A stretch of DNA of 64,000 nt, from NCBI GenBank assembly GCA_041687695.1, contig JAWLBL010000014.1, forward strand, positions 1 to 64,000, given 5' to 3'. Positions 8,805 through 20,160 of this stretch are shown here, one piece after another (position 1 is the stretch's first letter; every line of letters begins with the position of its first letter). Source of the stretch: Myxococcota bacterium (lineage in GTDB: Bacteria > Myxococcota_A > UBA9042 > PHBI01 > JAWLBL01). The translations under genes were made by a program, and so were the position numbers. The notes beneath the pieces were generated by a model. The model did no database searches. It was not told the origin of the DNA and saw only the letters and a program-made list of their open reading frames with translations.

Positions 8805-10736
8805 ATGCTGGAGACCGGCCCGCACGTCCCCGTCCACTACCTCGCCGCCGAGGCCCGGACGCTGCCCGACCTGTTCCGGCTCCGCGCCCGCCGCAGCGGC
8901 CCTCGTCCGGCGATGTACCGCAAGCGTGCCGGCGCCTGGAGCAAGATCACCTGGACCGAGTTCCACGACGCCGCCGCCCGCGGCGCGGCCGCCCTCGTCG
9001 AGCTGGGCCTCGCCCCCGGCGACCGGGTCGCCATCCTGGGCCCCACGCAGCCCGAGTGGGCGATGTTCGACATGGCGGCGCAGCTGGCGGGCCTGGTCAG
9101 CTTCGGCATCTACTCGAACCAGACCGAGGAGCAGCTGCGCTACCTGCTCGACCACTCCGAGGCCAAGGTCGCCCTGGTCTCGGCCAGCGACGAGCTGGAC
9201 AAGGTCCTGCGCGCGGCGCGCGACAACCCCCACCTGGTCGCCATCGTCCCCTGGGAGCCCGAGGTCTATCAGGGCGCCGCCCACCGCGACCCGCGCGTGC
9301 TGCCGCCCGAGCGCATGGCCAGCTCGCCGCCGCTGAGCGACCACGCCCTGGACGAGCGCCTCGCCGCCGTCGACCCCGACGACACCGCCATCCTCATCTA
9401 CACGTCGGGGACGACCGGCCCGCCCAAGGGCGCGATGATCTCGCACCGCAACATCCTGAGCCTGCTCGAGCACCAGGCCCGCTTCCTCGATCTGTACGAG
9501 GACGACATCTCACTGAGCTTTCTGCCCATGGCGCACGCCGCCGAGCGCGTCATGGCCTTCTACTCGCGCATCAACGCGGGCATGCCGACCGCCTACGCCT
9601 CCACCATCGGCGCCGTGCTGACGGAGCTGGCCGAGGTGCAGCCGACGGTCTTCGGCTCCGTGCCGCGCATCTTCGAGAAGGCCTACGCCAAGATCCGCAG
9701 TGAGCTGTCGCGCAAGCCCAAGGCGGTCCAGCGCCTGTTCGCCTGGGCCGAGCAGGTCGGCCGCCAGCGCGTCCGACTCCTTCACGCCGGACGCCCCGTG
9801 CCCAAACGCCTTGCGCTGCAACACGCCGTCGCCGACGCCCTGGTCTTCAAGAAAATGCGCCAGGCCTTCGGCGGGCGCGTGCGCCTGTTCGTGACGGGCG
9901 CCGCGCCCATCGGCCTGGACATCCTCGAGCTCTTCTGGGCCGCCGGGCTGCCCATCTACGAGGCCTTCGGCATGACCGAGGCCACGGTGGCCACCCACAT
10001 CAACCGCCCCGGCGCCGTCCGCCTGGGCACCGTCGGCCAGGTCATCGCCCCGATGGAGCACCGCGTCGCCGAGGACGGCGAGGTGCTGCTGCGCGGGCCG
10101 TGGGTCTTCAAGGGCTACTTCAAGGATCCCGAGGCCACGGCCCAGGCGCTCGAGGGCGGCTGGCTGCACACCGGCGACATCGGCAGCGTCGACGCCGACG
10201 GCTTCTTGCGCATCACCGACCGTAAGAAGCACCTCATCATCACGGCGGGCGGCAAGAACCTGACGCCGGCGAACATCGAGAAGGCCATCAAGGCCCAGGA
10301 CACCCTCATCAGCCACGTCCACGCGCACGGCGACCGCCGCCCCTTCGTCGTGGCCCTCATCGCGCCGAGCCCCCTCGAGACGCTCGAGTGGGGCCGGGAC
10401 CGGGGCCTGGTGACCCAGGACGAGCTGGACGCGCGCACGGCCGAGCTCATGGCCGACCCGTCGTCCAGGACGCCCGAGCTCGAGGCCTCGATGGCCAAGG
10501 TGACGACCCACCCCGACTTCCACGCCCGCATCACGCAGGCCGTCCGCCGCGGCAACGCGACGCTGGCGCAGGTCGAGCGGGTCAAGCGCTTCGTCATCCT
10601 GGACCGGGATCTCAGCCAGGGGCGCGGCGAGCTGACGCCGACCATGAAGGTCAAGCGCAAGGAGCTCGAGACGCGCTTTCAGGCCACCTTCGACCGCATG
10701 TACGACGAGGCCGGCTTCGCGCTCGAGGCCGCCTGA
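8805..10736 (+). CDS. Long-chain fatty acid--CoA ligase (AMP-dependent synthetase)
   Basis: IYTSGTTGPPKG, FGMTE, WLHTGDIG, DRKKHLIITAGGKN, ELTPTMKVKR; GGAG before ATG 8805 (alternatives 8778, 8793). Confidence 0.93.
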   Translation: MLETGPHVPVHYLAAEARTLPDLFRLRARRSGPRPAMYRKRAGAWSKITWTEFHDAAARGAAALVELGLAPGDRVAILGPTQPEWAMFDMAAQLAGLVSFGIYSNQTEEQLRYLLDHSEAKVALVSASDELDKVLRAARDNPHLVAIVPWEPEVYQGAAHRDPRVLPPERMASSPPLSDHALDERLAAVDPDDTAILIYTSGTTGPPKGAMISHRNILSLLEHQARFLDLYEDDISLSFLPMAHAAERVMAFYSRINAGMPTAYASTIGAVLTELAEVQPTVFGSVPRIFEKAYAKIRSELSRKPKAVQRLFAWAEQVGRQRVRLLHAGRPVPKRLALQHAVADALVFKKMRQAFGGRVRLFVTGAAPIGLDILELFWAAGLPIYEAFGMTEATVATHINRPGAVRLGTVGQVIAPMEHRVAEDGEVLLRGPWVFKGYFKDPEATAQALEGGWLHTGDIGSVDADGFLRITDRKKHLIITAGGKNLTPANIEKAIKAQDTLISHVHAHGDRRPFVVALIAPSPLETLEWGRDRGLVTQDELDARTAELMADPSSRTPELEASMAKVTTHPDFHARITQAVRRGNATLAQVERVKRFVILDRDLSQGRGELTPTMKVKRKELETRFQATFDRMYDEAGFALEAA

Positions 10737-10760
10737 CGCGGCGCCGCGACGCGCCGCGCC

Positions 10761-10801
10761 TTCGAAACGACGAACGCCCGGCGGTTGGGCCGGGCGCTCG
10801 T
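10761..10801 (-). terminator. Hairpin between convergent ligase and gap genes, with TTCGTCGTTTCGAA tail on the - strand
   Basis: acgaacgcccggc / gccgggcgctcgt inverted repeat. Confidence 0.7.
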
Positions 10802-10823
10802 GGGGCGATCCGAGCCGCGCGGC

Positions 10824-11837
10824 TTACCCGCGCGAGGCCATGAAGGCCGCCATCTCGACGAGGCGCGTCGCGTAGCCGGCCTCGTTGTCGTACCAGCTGA
10901 CGACCTTGAGCAGGGGGCCCATCTTGCGGGTCATCAGGCTGTCGACGATGGCCGAGTGCGTGTCGCCGATGATGTCGCTCGACACCAGCTCGTCACGGGA
11001 GAAGGCGAGCACGGACGGGTGCTTCGCCGCGTAGGCCTCGAGGACGGCGTGCGCCTCCTCGACCGACACCTCGCGCTCGAAGGTGAGCGTGAGATCGGCC
11101 AGCGAGCCGGTCGGGTTGGGGGTGCGAACGGCGAAGCCGTCGAGCTTGCCCTTCAGCTCCGGGATGACCTCGCCGACCGCCTTGGCCGCGCCGGTGGACG
11201 ACGGCACCAGGTTCAGGGCCGCCGCGCGGCCGCGCCGCAGATCCTTGGGCGTCGGCATGTCCAGCAGGCCCTGGCTGATGGTGTAGGCGTGGACCGTGTT
11301 GAGCAGACCCGCCGTGACCTTGAACTCGGTGTGCAGGGCCTTGAGGACCGGCGAGACGCAGTTGGTCGTGCAGGAGGCGTTCGAGACGATCTTGTGCTGC
11401 GCCGGGTCGTACCGGTCCTCGTTGACCCCCAGGCACACCGTGACGTCCGGGTTCTTGGCGGGGGCGCTGATGAGGACGCGCTTCGCGCCGCCCTCGAGGT
11501 GCATCGCGGCCTTGTCGCGCGCGGTGAACACGCCGGTGCACTCGAGCACGATGTCGGCGCCGACCTCGTCCCACTTCGCCGCCCTGGGGTCGCGCTCGGC
11601 CGTCATCCGAATCGACTTGCCGTCGACCTTCAGGCTCGTCTCGTCGTGCTCGACGGTGCCGGGGAAGCGGCCGTGCACCGAGTCGTACTTGAAGACGTAG
11701 GCGAGGGCCTCGTTGTCGGCGAGGTCGTTGACGGCGACGACCTCGAGGTCGTCGCGCCCGAGGGCCGCGCGCAGCGCGAGCCGGCCGATGCGGCCGAAGC
11801 CGTTGATCGCAATCTTCGTCTTGCCTTGGTTGGCCAT
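10824..11837 (-). CDS. gap: Glyceraldehyde-3-phosphate dehydrogenase (type I)
   Basis: AINGFGRIGR, YDSVHGRF, SNASCTTNC active site, WYDNE. Confidence 0.97.
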   Translation of the reverse strand: MANQGKTKIAINGFGRIGRLALRAALGRDDLEVVAVNDLADNEALAYVFKYDSVHGRFPGTVEHDETSLKVDGKSIRMTAERDPRAAKWDEVGADIVLECTGVFTARDKAAMHLEGGAKRVLISAPAKNPDVTVCLGVNEDRYDPAQHKIVSNASCTTNCVSPVLKALHTEFKVTAGLLNTVHAYTISQGLLDMPTPKDLRRGRAAALNLVPSSTGAAKAVGEVIPELKGKLDGFAVRTPNPTGSLADLTLTFEREVSVEEAHAVLEAYAAKHPSVLAFSRDELVSSDIIGDTHSAIVDSLMTRKMGPLLKVVSWYDNEAGYATRLVEMAAFMASRG

Positions 11838-11975
11838 GGGGTACGGTCCTTTCCGTCGTTCGAACGAGGGGTGCGCGGCTGGGGTAGGCGTTCGCGCGCG
11901 CGGCGCGCCGGCGTGGGTGCGTCCAGCGAGCCGGGGCGCCGCGTCCGGGTCCGCCGTACGACATCCGCGGCCGGG

Positions 11976-12003
11976 TTGACAAGGGTCGTGCCGTTTTTAT
12001 CGT
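11976..12003 (+). promoter_or_regulatory. Candidate sigma70-type promoter upstream of fusA
   Basis: TTGACA-16 nt-TATCGT in an otherwise very GC-rich intergenic region; a second TTGACG-17 nt-TATGTG lies at 12198-12226. Confidence 0.45.
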
Positions 12004-12304
12004 GGCCGCCATCGCGAGGTCCGCGGAACCAAACCCGTTGCCGGCGCGCCCCTCCCCTGGGCACGTCGCGGGTCGCGGGCGCGCTTCGATCTAACCGGTC
12101 GGGGGTGGGGAATAGAGCGTCCCCCGACGTCATTGTGGGCGCGTCACGCTCGCTCGGTGGGCTCGTCTCCGTCACGTCCGCGTGGCGCACTTGGTGATTG
12201 ACGAGCGCATCTTCGATCGGTATGTGTCCGCCCCCAAATCGATGCGGTCGCCCGTCCGCACGCCGCTCAAGCCGCGCAGTGACTCGGGTCACGTGGAGAA
12301 AGAC

Positions 12305-14398
<2,094 letters not shown>

Positions 14399-14427
14399 GC
14401 CGACCGCTTCGGCGCAGGCTGAAGGAC

Positions 14428-14470
14428 GACGCCCGGGGGATCCTCTCCTCCGGGCGTTTTCCGTTTCGAA
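14428..14470 (+). terminator. Intrinsic terminator after fusA
   Basis: gacgcccggggga / tcctccgggcgtt stem followed by TTTTCCGTTTCGAA. Confidence 0.75.
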
Positions 14471-14479
14471 GGCCGAGCG

Positions 14480-14742
14480 CCGGAGCCGGAGCCGGGGCCG
14501 GGGCCGGGGCCGAGGCCGAGGCCGGGGCCGAGGCCGAGGCCGGGGCCGAGGCCGGGGCCGCAGGCCGGGGCCGAGGCCGGGGCCGCAGGCCGGGGCCGAG
14601 GCCGGGGCCGCAGGCCGGGGCCGAGGCCGGGGCCGCAGGCCGGGGCCGAGGACGGGGCCGGGGCCGGGGCCGAGGCCGGGGCCGCAGGCCGGGGCCGGGG
14701 CCGCAGGCCGGAGCCGAGGCCGGAGCCGAGGCCGGAGCCGAG
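14480..14742. repeat. GC-rich degenerate tandem repeat (GGGGCC / GAGGCC / GGAGCC / GCAGGCC units)
   Basis: About 260 bp of 6-7 bp units between the convergent fusA and DUF962 genes. Confidence 0.9.
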
Positions 14743-14777
14743 GGTGACAGGCCGGCGCGAGCGGCGGTTGAGGCGGG

Positions 14778-15263
14778 TCAGGCCGCGGCGCGGAGGTCGC
14801 GTTCGGCGGGGCGCTGGGGCCAGTCGCCGGTCAGCAGGGCCACGAAGAAGAGGGGGCCGATGAGGGCCTGGAGCAGGTTGGTGAGGAAGGCCGGCGAGCG
14901 CTTCTCCCACACGAGGTGGCCGGCCAGCTGCACCAGCCAACCCACGGCGGCCAGGGCGACGACGGCCCACGTGGGCGTGACGGCGGCCAGGGGGAAGCAC
15001 ACGCCGAAGGCGACCGCCATGATGAGCGCAAGCCGCACGTTCAGGCTCAGGTACCAGCCGATGGCGCCCGCGAAGCCGACGTGTCCCAGGGTCAGCGTGA
15101 AGCCCGAGCCCACGGGCAGGGTGGCCAGGGCGACCCAGTCGAGCATCGCGATGATGTGGAAGACGATGACCGGGATGGCGACCTTGTGGGTCAGCCGGTT
15201 CATCGGGTGGCGGTGGTAGTCGGCGTAGAGCTGGAAGTGCTCGACCAGCGCGGGCTTGAGCAT
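14778..15263 (-). CDS. DUF962/Mpo1-like membrane protein
   Basis: YADYHRHPMNRLTHKVAIP, GWLVQLAGHLVWEKRSPAF, LIGPLF. Confidence 0.88.
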   Translation of the reverse strand: MLKPALVEHFQLYADYHRHPMNRLTHKVAIPVIVFHIIAMLDWVALATLPVGSGFTLTLGHVGFAGAIGWYLSLNVRLALIMAVAFGVCFPLAAVTPTWAVVALAAVGWLVQLAGHLVWEKRSPAFLTNLLQALIGPLFFVALLTGDWPQRPAERDLRAAA

Positions 15264-15418
15264 GGCGGCCTCGGGGTGCACGGCGGCCGTGACGCGGGCC
15301 GCGGGGCCATCATACGCGGTCGGGGAGGCCGGCTCCACCGGGCCGCCGGCGGGCCGCGAGCGTGCCCAACCCAAGGATGTTACTACGGTTCTTGGCGACC
15401 CTGGACTGGAGGCCGCTC

Positions 15419-16255
15419 ATGAACGCACGAACTTTCGCCCTGAGCCTTGGCGTGGGCCTGGCTGGCGCCATCGGGTGTCAGGAGGCCGACGCGCCGCCGC
15501 GAGGCGTCGGCGTCGACGCTCAGGCGACGGGCGACGACGTGGGGGCGCCGGAGGGCGCGGACGCCAACGGGACGCAGCTCGGTACGCAGGTCGGCGGCCT
15601 GGCGGAGTGCCCGGCCCGGATCGAGGGCGCGCAGGGCCGCGTCACGGTGGCGGGCGACGCGCTCCACCTGACGTTCACGGCCGCCGAGGGCCAGGAGGAT
15701 GCGCTGCGGCGGTCGGCGACGCTGCTGGGCGAGATGCTGCAGGGCGAGGTCGAGCTGGTCGAGGGCGAGGCCCCGTCGGTGGGCGAGACCATCGGCGACA
15801 CGACGGCGCTCGAGCCCGAGCAGCGGCGCGGGACGCCGGCCGGCGCGGAGCCGACGCGGACGCGGCGGGCGGTCCAGGTCTGGCCGGAGCAGCGGATGGG
15901 CTGGGCGGAGAGCCCGCTGGTCATGCCGCCCTCGACCGTGACCACCGAAGCCGTCGACGGCGGCGTGCGGCTGGTCATCGAGCCGCGCAACCCTCAGCAC
16001 CTGAGCCTCATCCAGACGCAGCTGAACCAGTGGCTGGTGACCAGCCGCGACCGTGCCTGTCCGCCCATCCGCGTCAGCGAGACCCTGCCCGGCGCGCAGC
16101 CGAGCCTCGAGCGGCCGGAGCTGGATGAGCTGGGGAGGCCGCCTGGCGTGCAGCCGCCAGGGGCCCAGTCGCCCGGTCTGGAGGCGCCTGGGCCGCAGCC
16201 AGGGGGCATGGCGCCGCCCGAGTCGCCGGCGGGGGACGATCCGGCTGGGGAGTGA
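15419..16255 (+). CDS. Hypothetical lipoprotein
   Basis: GGAGG RBS; MNARTFALSLGVGLAGAIGC lipobox; Pro-rich tail. Confidence 0.75.
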   Translation: MNARTFALSLGVGLAGAIGCQEADAPPRGVGVDAQATGDDVGAPEGADANGTQLGTQVGGLAECPARIEGAQGRVTVAGDALHLTFTAAEGQEDALRRSATLLGEMLQGEVELVEGEAPSVGETIGDTTALEPEQRRGTPAGAEPTRTRRAVQVWPEQRMGWAESPLVMPPSTVTTEAVDGGVRLVIEPRNPQHLSLIQTQLNQWLVTSRDRACPPIRVSETLPGAQPSLERPELDELGRPPGVQPPGAQSPGLEAPGPQPGGMAPPESPAGDDPAGE

Positions 16256-16523
16256 GCTGGGGCCGCGCGCGAGGGAGCACGAAGGGCGGCGAGAAGCAGA
16301 CGCCGGCGTCGAGCGTGTGGCTCGGCCGGAGGCCGCGAGGCGAAGACGAAGCGAAGCGCGCGGGCGTGGCCGCGTGGGGGGAGCCCGCGGCCACCGCTCA
16401 CGGCTTCGCGGCGCTTCGGCGAAGAGGATTGGGGAGGCCACGCCCTCGGCGGGCCGCGGGAGCGTCCGCGTCCCGCTGGCGTCACGCGGCGACGCGGACG
16501 CAAGCCGGGCCTGGAGGTGAGCG

Positions 16524-17639
16524 ATGTGGAAGCTATGGAGAACGAGCGGGCTGGCGCTGGCGCTGGGGCTGGGGGCGTTCGGCTGCCAAGGCGAGGCCGA
16601 GGATCAGTTCGGCGGCGGCGCCGCCGGTGAGGGCGGCTTCGGGGGGAGCCAGATCGAAGCCGTCAACGGACAGCGCACCACCTGGGCCGGCACGACGGCC
16701 GGCGATGGCTTGGGCGAGTGCCGGCCGGTCGACGTGGAGCGCACCGGGCGAGGCGCCGAGGTGACGTTCGAGGCGAGCGAGGCGGAGCTGCGCGAGATCT
16801 GCGCGGGCGTGCAGGGCGCCGACTATCGCCCGATGCAGCCGGTGCAGTACGAGCCGTGGCGCCCGCCCGAGCCCATCAGGGCCGCTCCGGCGCCAGCGTC
16901 CGCCCCGGCGCGCCAGGCCACGCGGGCGCCGCAGCGGTCGGCCCCGGCGACCGCGCCTCGCGTGACGACGCCGACGCCCGACGTGCGTGTCGTGGACACC
17001 GGCGAGGAGGATGGCGCGCGCGCTCGCGGCACGTTGGTCATCAACGGCGAGCCGCTGCAGGTCGGCGACCGCGTGGTGCTGGTCCTGCCCGAGGGCGAGG
17101 CGCTGGTCCGCGACACCGAGCAGGGCATCGTCGTGACGATCCGCCCCGACCGGGCCGAGGACGCGGCGGCGATGCGGGCGCGGCTCGAGCGCTGGGTCGA
17201 GCGCAACCGGGTGACGGTGCCCGCGCGGGATGGCGACGTGCTCGACGAGGTCGCGGACGACCTCCGCGTCATCGAGGCCTGGGAGGAGCTGGCCGACGAG
17301 CCGGTGCAGGTGCGACCCGAGCCCACGCGCGAGCCGCTGCCGGCGCAACGCGTCCCTACGGTGGGCGGGGAGCTCCGCGAGATCCAGTGGCCCGACACGC
17401 GCGACGCGGAGCCGGTCAACCTGTGGGAGAGCGCCGTGCTGCCGGCCCCGACGGCGGAGCCGCGAGCGGCCCCGACGACCGACCCGCGGCCCACGACGCG
17501 CCCCCGGTACGAGACCATCGAGTGGCGCGACCTCGGCGTGGTGCCGCCCGATCCGGACGGCGACGGCGATCCGGTGCCGCTGTACCCGCAGCGTGAGCGC
17601 CTGATGGTCCCGCCGCGGCTGCCGGGCGATCTCCGCTAA
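16524..17639 (+). CDS. Hypothetical lipoprotein (probable paralog of 15419-16255)
   Basis: GGAGG RBS; MWKLWRTSGLALALGLGAFGC lipobox. Confidence 0.75.
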   Translation: MWKLWRTSGLALALGLGAFGCQGEAEDQFGGGAAGEGGFGGSQIEAVNGQRTTWAGTTAGDGLGECRPVDVERTGRGAEVTFEASEAELREICAGVQGADYRPMQPVQYEPWRPPEPIRAAPAPASAPARQATRAPQRSAPATAPRVTTPTPDVRVVDTGEEDGARARGTLVINGEPLQVGDRVVLVLPEGEALVRDTEQGIVVTIRPDRAEDAAAMRARLERWVERNRVTVPARDGDVLDEVADDLRVIEAWEELADEPVQVRPEPTREPLPAQRVPTVGGELREIQWPDTRDAEPVNLWESAVLPAPTAEPRAAPTTDPRPTTRPRYETIEWRDLGVVPPDPDGDGDPVPLYPQRERLMVPPRLPGDLR

Positions 17640-17656
17640 CCCGAGGGGCTTCGCAG

Positions 17657-17697
17657 CGCCGACGCCGCCCTCCGAGCTGGGGGCGGCGCCGGGCGCA
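17657..17697. terminator. GC-rich hairpin between convergent genes
   Basis: cgccgccctc / gggggcggcg core inverted repeat with an extended imperfect stem. Confidence 0.4.
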
Positions 17698-17708
17698 GGC
17701 GAGGGTGG

Positions 17709-18920
17709 TCAGTTCAGATCGCGGAGGAGCCGCTGCGCCTCGGCCCGGGCCTCGGCGCGGAGCTCCTCGTAGGAGGCGGTCAGGAGCTTGCCGTTCTTCA
17801 CCACGAGGCGCCCGTCGACGATGACGTGGCGGGCCCGGCCCTTCTCGTCGGCCACGACGATGTCGCCCACCGCGGCGGGCCCGACCGGGTGGAAGGGACG
17901 CCCGAAGCGCTCGGCCGCGACGCGCAGGCCGGCCTCGACCCGGATGACGACGATGGCCGGGTTCTCGCCGGCCTTGCGGGCCTGTTGAAACAGGACGTTG
18001 GCCTCGTCGACCATGTTGGCCGGGAAGCCGTCGGTGCCCAGGGCGATGCGGGTCCCCTCGCAGAAGGCCTTGGGATAGGCGCCTTCGTCGCGGCGGTTCG
18101 ACCGCGGGTTCTGGATGAGCCAGCAGCCGAGGTGGGTCGCCATGCGGACCTGCTGCTCGTTCAGGTGAAGCCCCTGGGCCAGCAGGGAGCCCTCGGGCAG
18201 CGCCCCCATCTCGTGCAGGCGCTCGAGCGGCCCCTCATAGCCGGCCCGACGCGCCTCGGCCAGATCGATCGGGTCCTCGGCCACGGGCATGTGGACGACC
18301 GTGCCGAGCTGGCGACACAGCTGCCCGGCCTCGTGGAGGGTCTCGTCCGACAGCGCGAAGGCCGCGTCGAGGCCGACGACGCCGCGGACGAGGGGACGGT
18401 GGTTGTCCTGGATGAAGCGATAGCTCTCGAGCAGGCCGCGGCGCGCCTCGGGGCGGCCGCCGTTGCGTTCGGTCGCTGCATACGACAGGACGGCGCGGAT
18501 GCCGACCTCCTGGCAGGCGTCGGCGATGACGTCGAGGGAGCCCTCGATGCAACCGGGCGAGCTGTGGTGGTCCATGATGACCGTCGTCCCGGCGAGGAGG
18601 GCCTCGGCGGCGTAGAAGCGGGCCGCGGCGCGGATGGCCCGCGGGTCCAGGGCCCGCTCGAGCCGCCACCACAGGTGCTCGTGCATCGACAGGAAGCCGG
18701 GCGGCGCGAGCTTGGGCTCGGGGGCCCCGAGCCGCGCGAGCGTCCGGTACAGGCGCGTGTGGCTGTTGACGTGCCCCGGGCCGATGCCCAGCCCGCGGCA
18801 GTGCAGGCGGTCGAAGCCGCGATCCTCCGCCTCGTCGAGCGGCGTCTGCGTGACGCAGCTGCCCTCGAGGACATAGGCGCGCCCCTGCTCGTCGGGCCCC
18901 AGGATCCAACCTGAATGCAT
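17709..18920 (-). CDS. SsnA-like amidohydrolase-fold protein with degenerate metal site
   Basis: WWRLERALD, ALLAGTTVIMDHH, SPGCIEGSLDVIADAC, QNPRSN, ALGTDG, HVIVDGRLVVKNGKL; conserved His residues substituted (see findings). Confidence 0.85.
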   Translation of the reverse strand: MHSGWILGPDEQGRAYVLEGSCVTQTPLDEAEDRGFDRLHCRGLGIGPGHVNSHTRLYRTLARLGAPEPKLAPPGFLSMHEHLWWRLERALDPRAIRAAARFYAAEALLAGTTVIMDHHSSPGCIEGSLDVIADACQEVGIRAVLSYAATERNGGRPEARRGLLESYRFIQDNHRPLVRGVVGLDAAFALSDETLHEAGQLCRQLGTVVHMPVAEDPIDLAEARRAGYEGPLERLHEMGALPEGSLLAQGLHLNEQQVRMATHLGCWLIQNPRSNRRDEGAYPKAFCEGTRIALGTDGFPANMVDEANVLFQQARKAGENPAIVVIRVEAGLRVAAERFGRPFHPVGPAAVGDIVVADEKGRARHVIVDGRLVVKNGKLLTASYEELRAEARAEAQRLLRDLN

Positions 18921-19287
18921 GACGGTCCCCTCCCCTCGCGGGCTCCCCCCCGGGACCCGCAGGTCGACCTCCGGGCGCGGAGAGGCCCGCGCCCGGGGCG
19001 TGTGGTGTTCGATTCGGATGTGTGCGTGTGGACCCACGAGCCGGCCGGACGCACGGTGACGCACGTCGGCGCGCGCGTTGGCGCGAGCGAGATGCCGGAC
19101 TTGTGGGGATGAGGTCGCGACGGTAGCAGGCCATGACGCGGCGTGGCAAGGCCAGGGGTGTATACCGCGGGTGACACCTCCCTCACGCAGCCCGCCGCCA
19201 GCATCCCTTGAGAATACGCATGTTCCAAGGGGTTGATTGCTCGCAGCCCGCCTCCGGCCGTATTCTGACCCCCGAGGCGGGAGGCGC

Positions 19288-20160
19288 ATGACGGACGTGA
19301 AGACGGACTGGAAGCCGGACATCTTCGGCTACCTGGACTACCGCGAGTTCCTCGCGGACTACTACGAGGCCGCCAAGGCCAACAACCGGGCCTTCTCGTA
19401 CCGCTACTTCTCGCGGCGTGCGGGCTACTCGAGCCCGAACTTCCTCAAGCTGGTCATCATGGGCGAGCGCAGCCTGGGCGCCGAGAGCGTCGAGCGCTTC
19501 GCCCGGGCCCTCAAGCTCGACGGCGACGAGACGCGCTTCTTCCGCGATCTGGTCGCCTTCAACCAGGCCAAGACCTCCGAGGACAAGAGCGCCGCCTTCG
19601 AGCGCGTGGGGGCGAGCCAGCGCTTTCGCAGCGCACGGCGCCTCGACAGCGCCTACTTCACCTACCTGTCGCGCTGGTACTACCCCGCGATCCGCGAGAT
19701 GGCCGCCCGCAAAGACTTCAGGGCCGACCCCGAGTGGATCGCCGCGCAGCTGCTCCCGCCCATCCGCCCGTCCGAGGCGCGCGAGGCGCTCGACGTCCTG
19801 TTCGAACTCGGGCTGCTCGTGCGCGCGCCCGACGGCAGCCTCCGCCGGGGCGAGGCCAGTTTGACGACCGGTCACGAGGTCAGATCGCTCGCGATCGGCA
19901 ACTATCACCGTCAGATGCTGACCCGCGCCGGGGAGTCCATCGAGCTGGTCGCGCGCGAGCAGCGCGACCTCAGCGCCCTCACGGTCTGCATCGCGGCCGA
20001 CACCGCCGCCGAGCTGAAGGACCGCATCCACGAGTTCCGCGAGCGCCTCCTCGATCGCTGCGATCGCGACTTGGAGCCCAATGTGGTGTATCAGCTCAAC
20101 ATCCAACTGTTTCCACTGACGGCGCCGCCGCCAGTGCCCGAGGACGACCTGAACGAATGA
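19288..20160 (+). CDS. TIGR02147/DUF4423 family putative DNA-binding protein
   Basis: IFGYLDYREFL, FSYRYFSRRAGYSSPNFLKLVI, WYYPAIRE, VYQLNIQLFPL; GGGAGG RBS. Confidence 0.9.
   Translation: MTDVKTDWKPDIFGYLDYREFLADYYEAAKANNRAFSYRYFSRRAGYSSPNFLKLVIMGERSLGAESVERFARALKLDGDETRFFRDLVAFNQAKTSEDKSAAFERVGASQRFRSARRLDSAYFTYLSRWYYPAIREMAARKDFRADPEWIAAQLLPPIRPSEAREALDVLFELGLLVRAPDGSLRRGEASLTTGHEVRSLAIGNYHRQMLTRAGESIELVAREQRDLSALTVCIAADTAAELKDRIHEFRERLLDRCDRDLEPNVVYQLNIQLFPLTAPPPVPEDDLNE

Noticed and set aside
14480..14742. Possible CRISPR array or coding repeat
   Set aside because: No constant repeat with unique spacers and no cas genes; ORFs crossing it are low-complexity artefacts
16256..16523. Intergenic region with several short hairpins (REP/MITE or ncRNA?)
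   Set aside because: No second copy in the window, no terminal inverted repeats, and short stems are expected at this GC content
19212..19225. GAAT-N6-GTTC as a LexA box
   Set aside because: Does not match the GAAC-N4-GTTC spacing, and no SOS gene is adjacent
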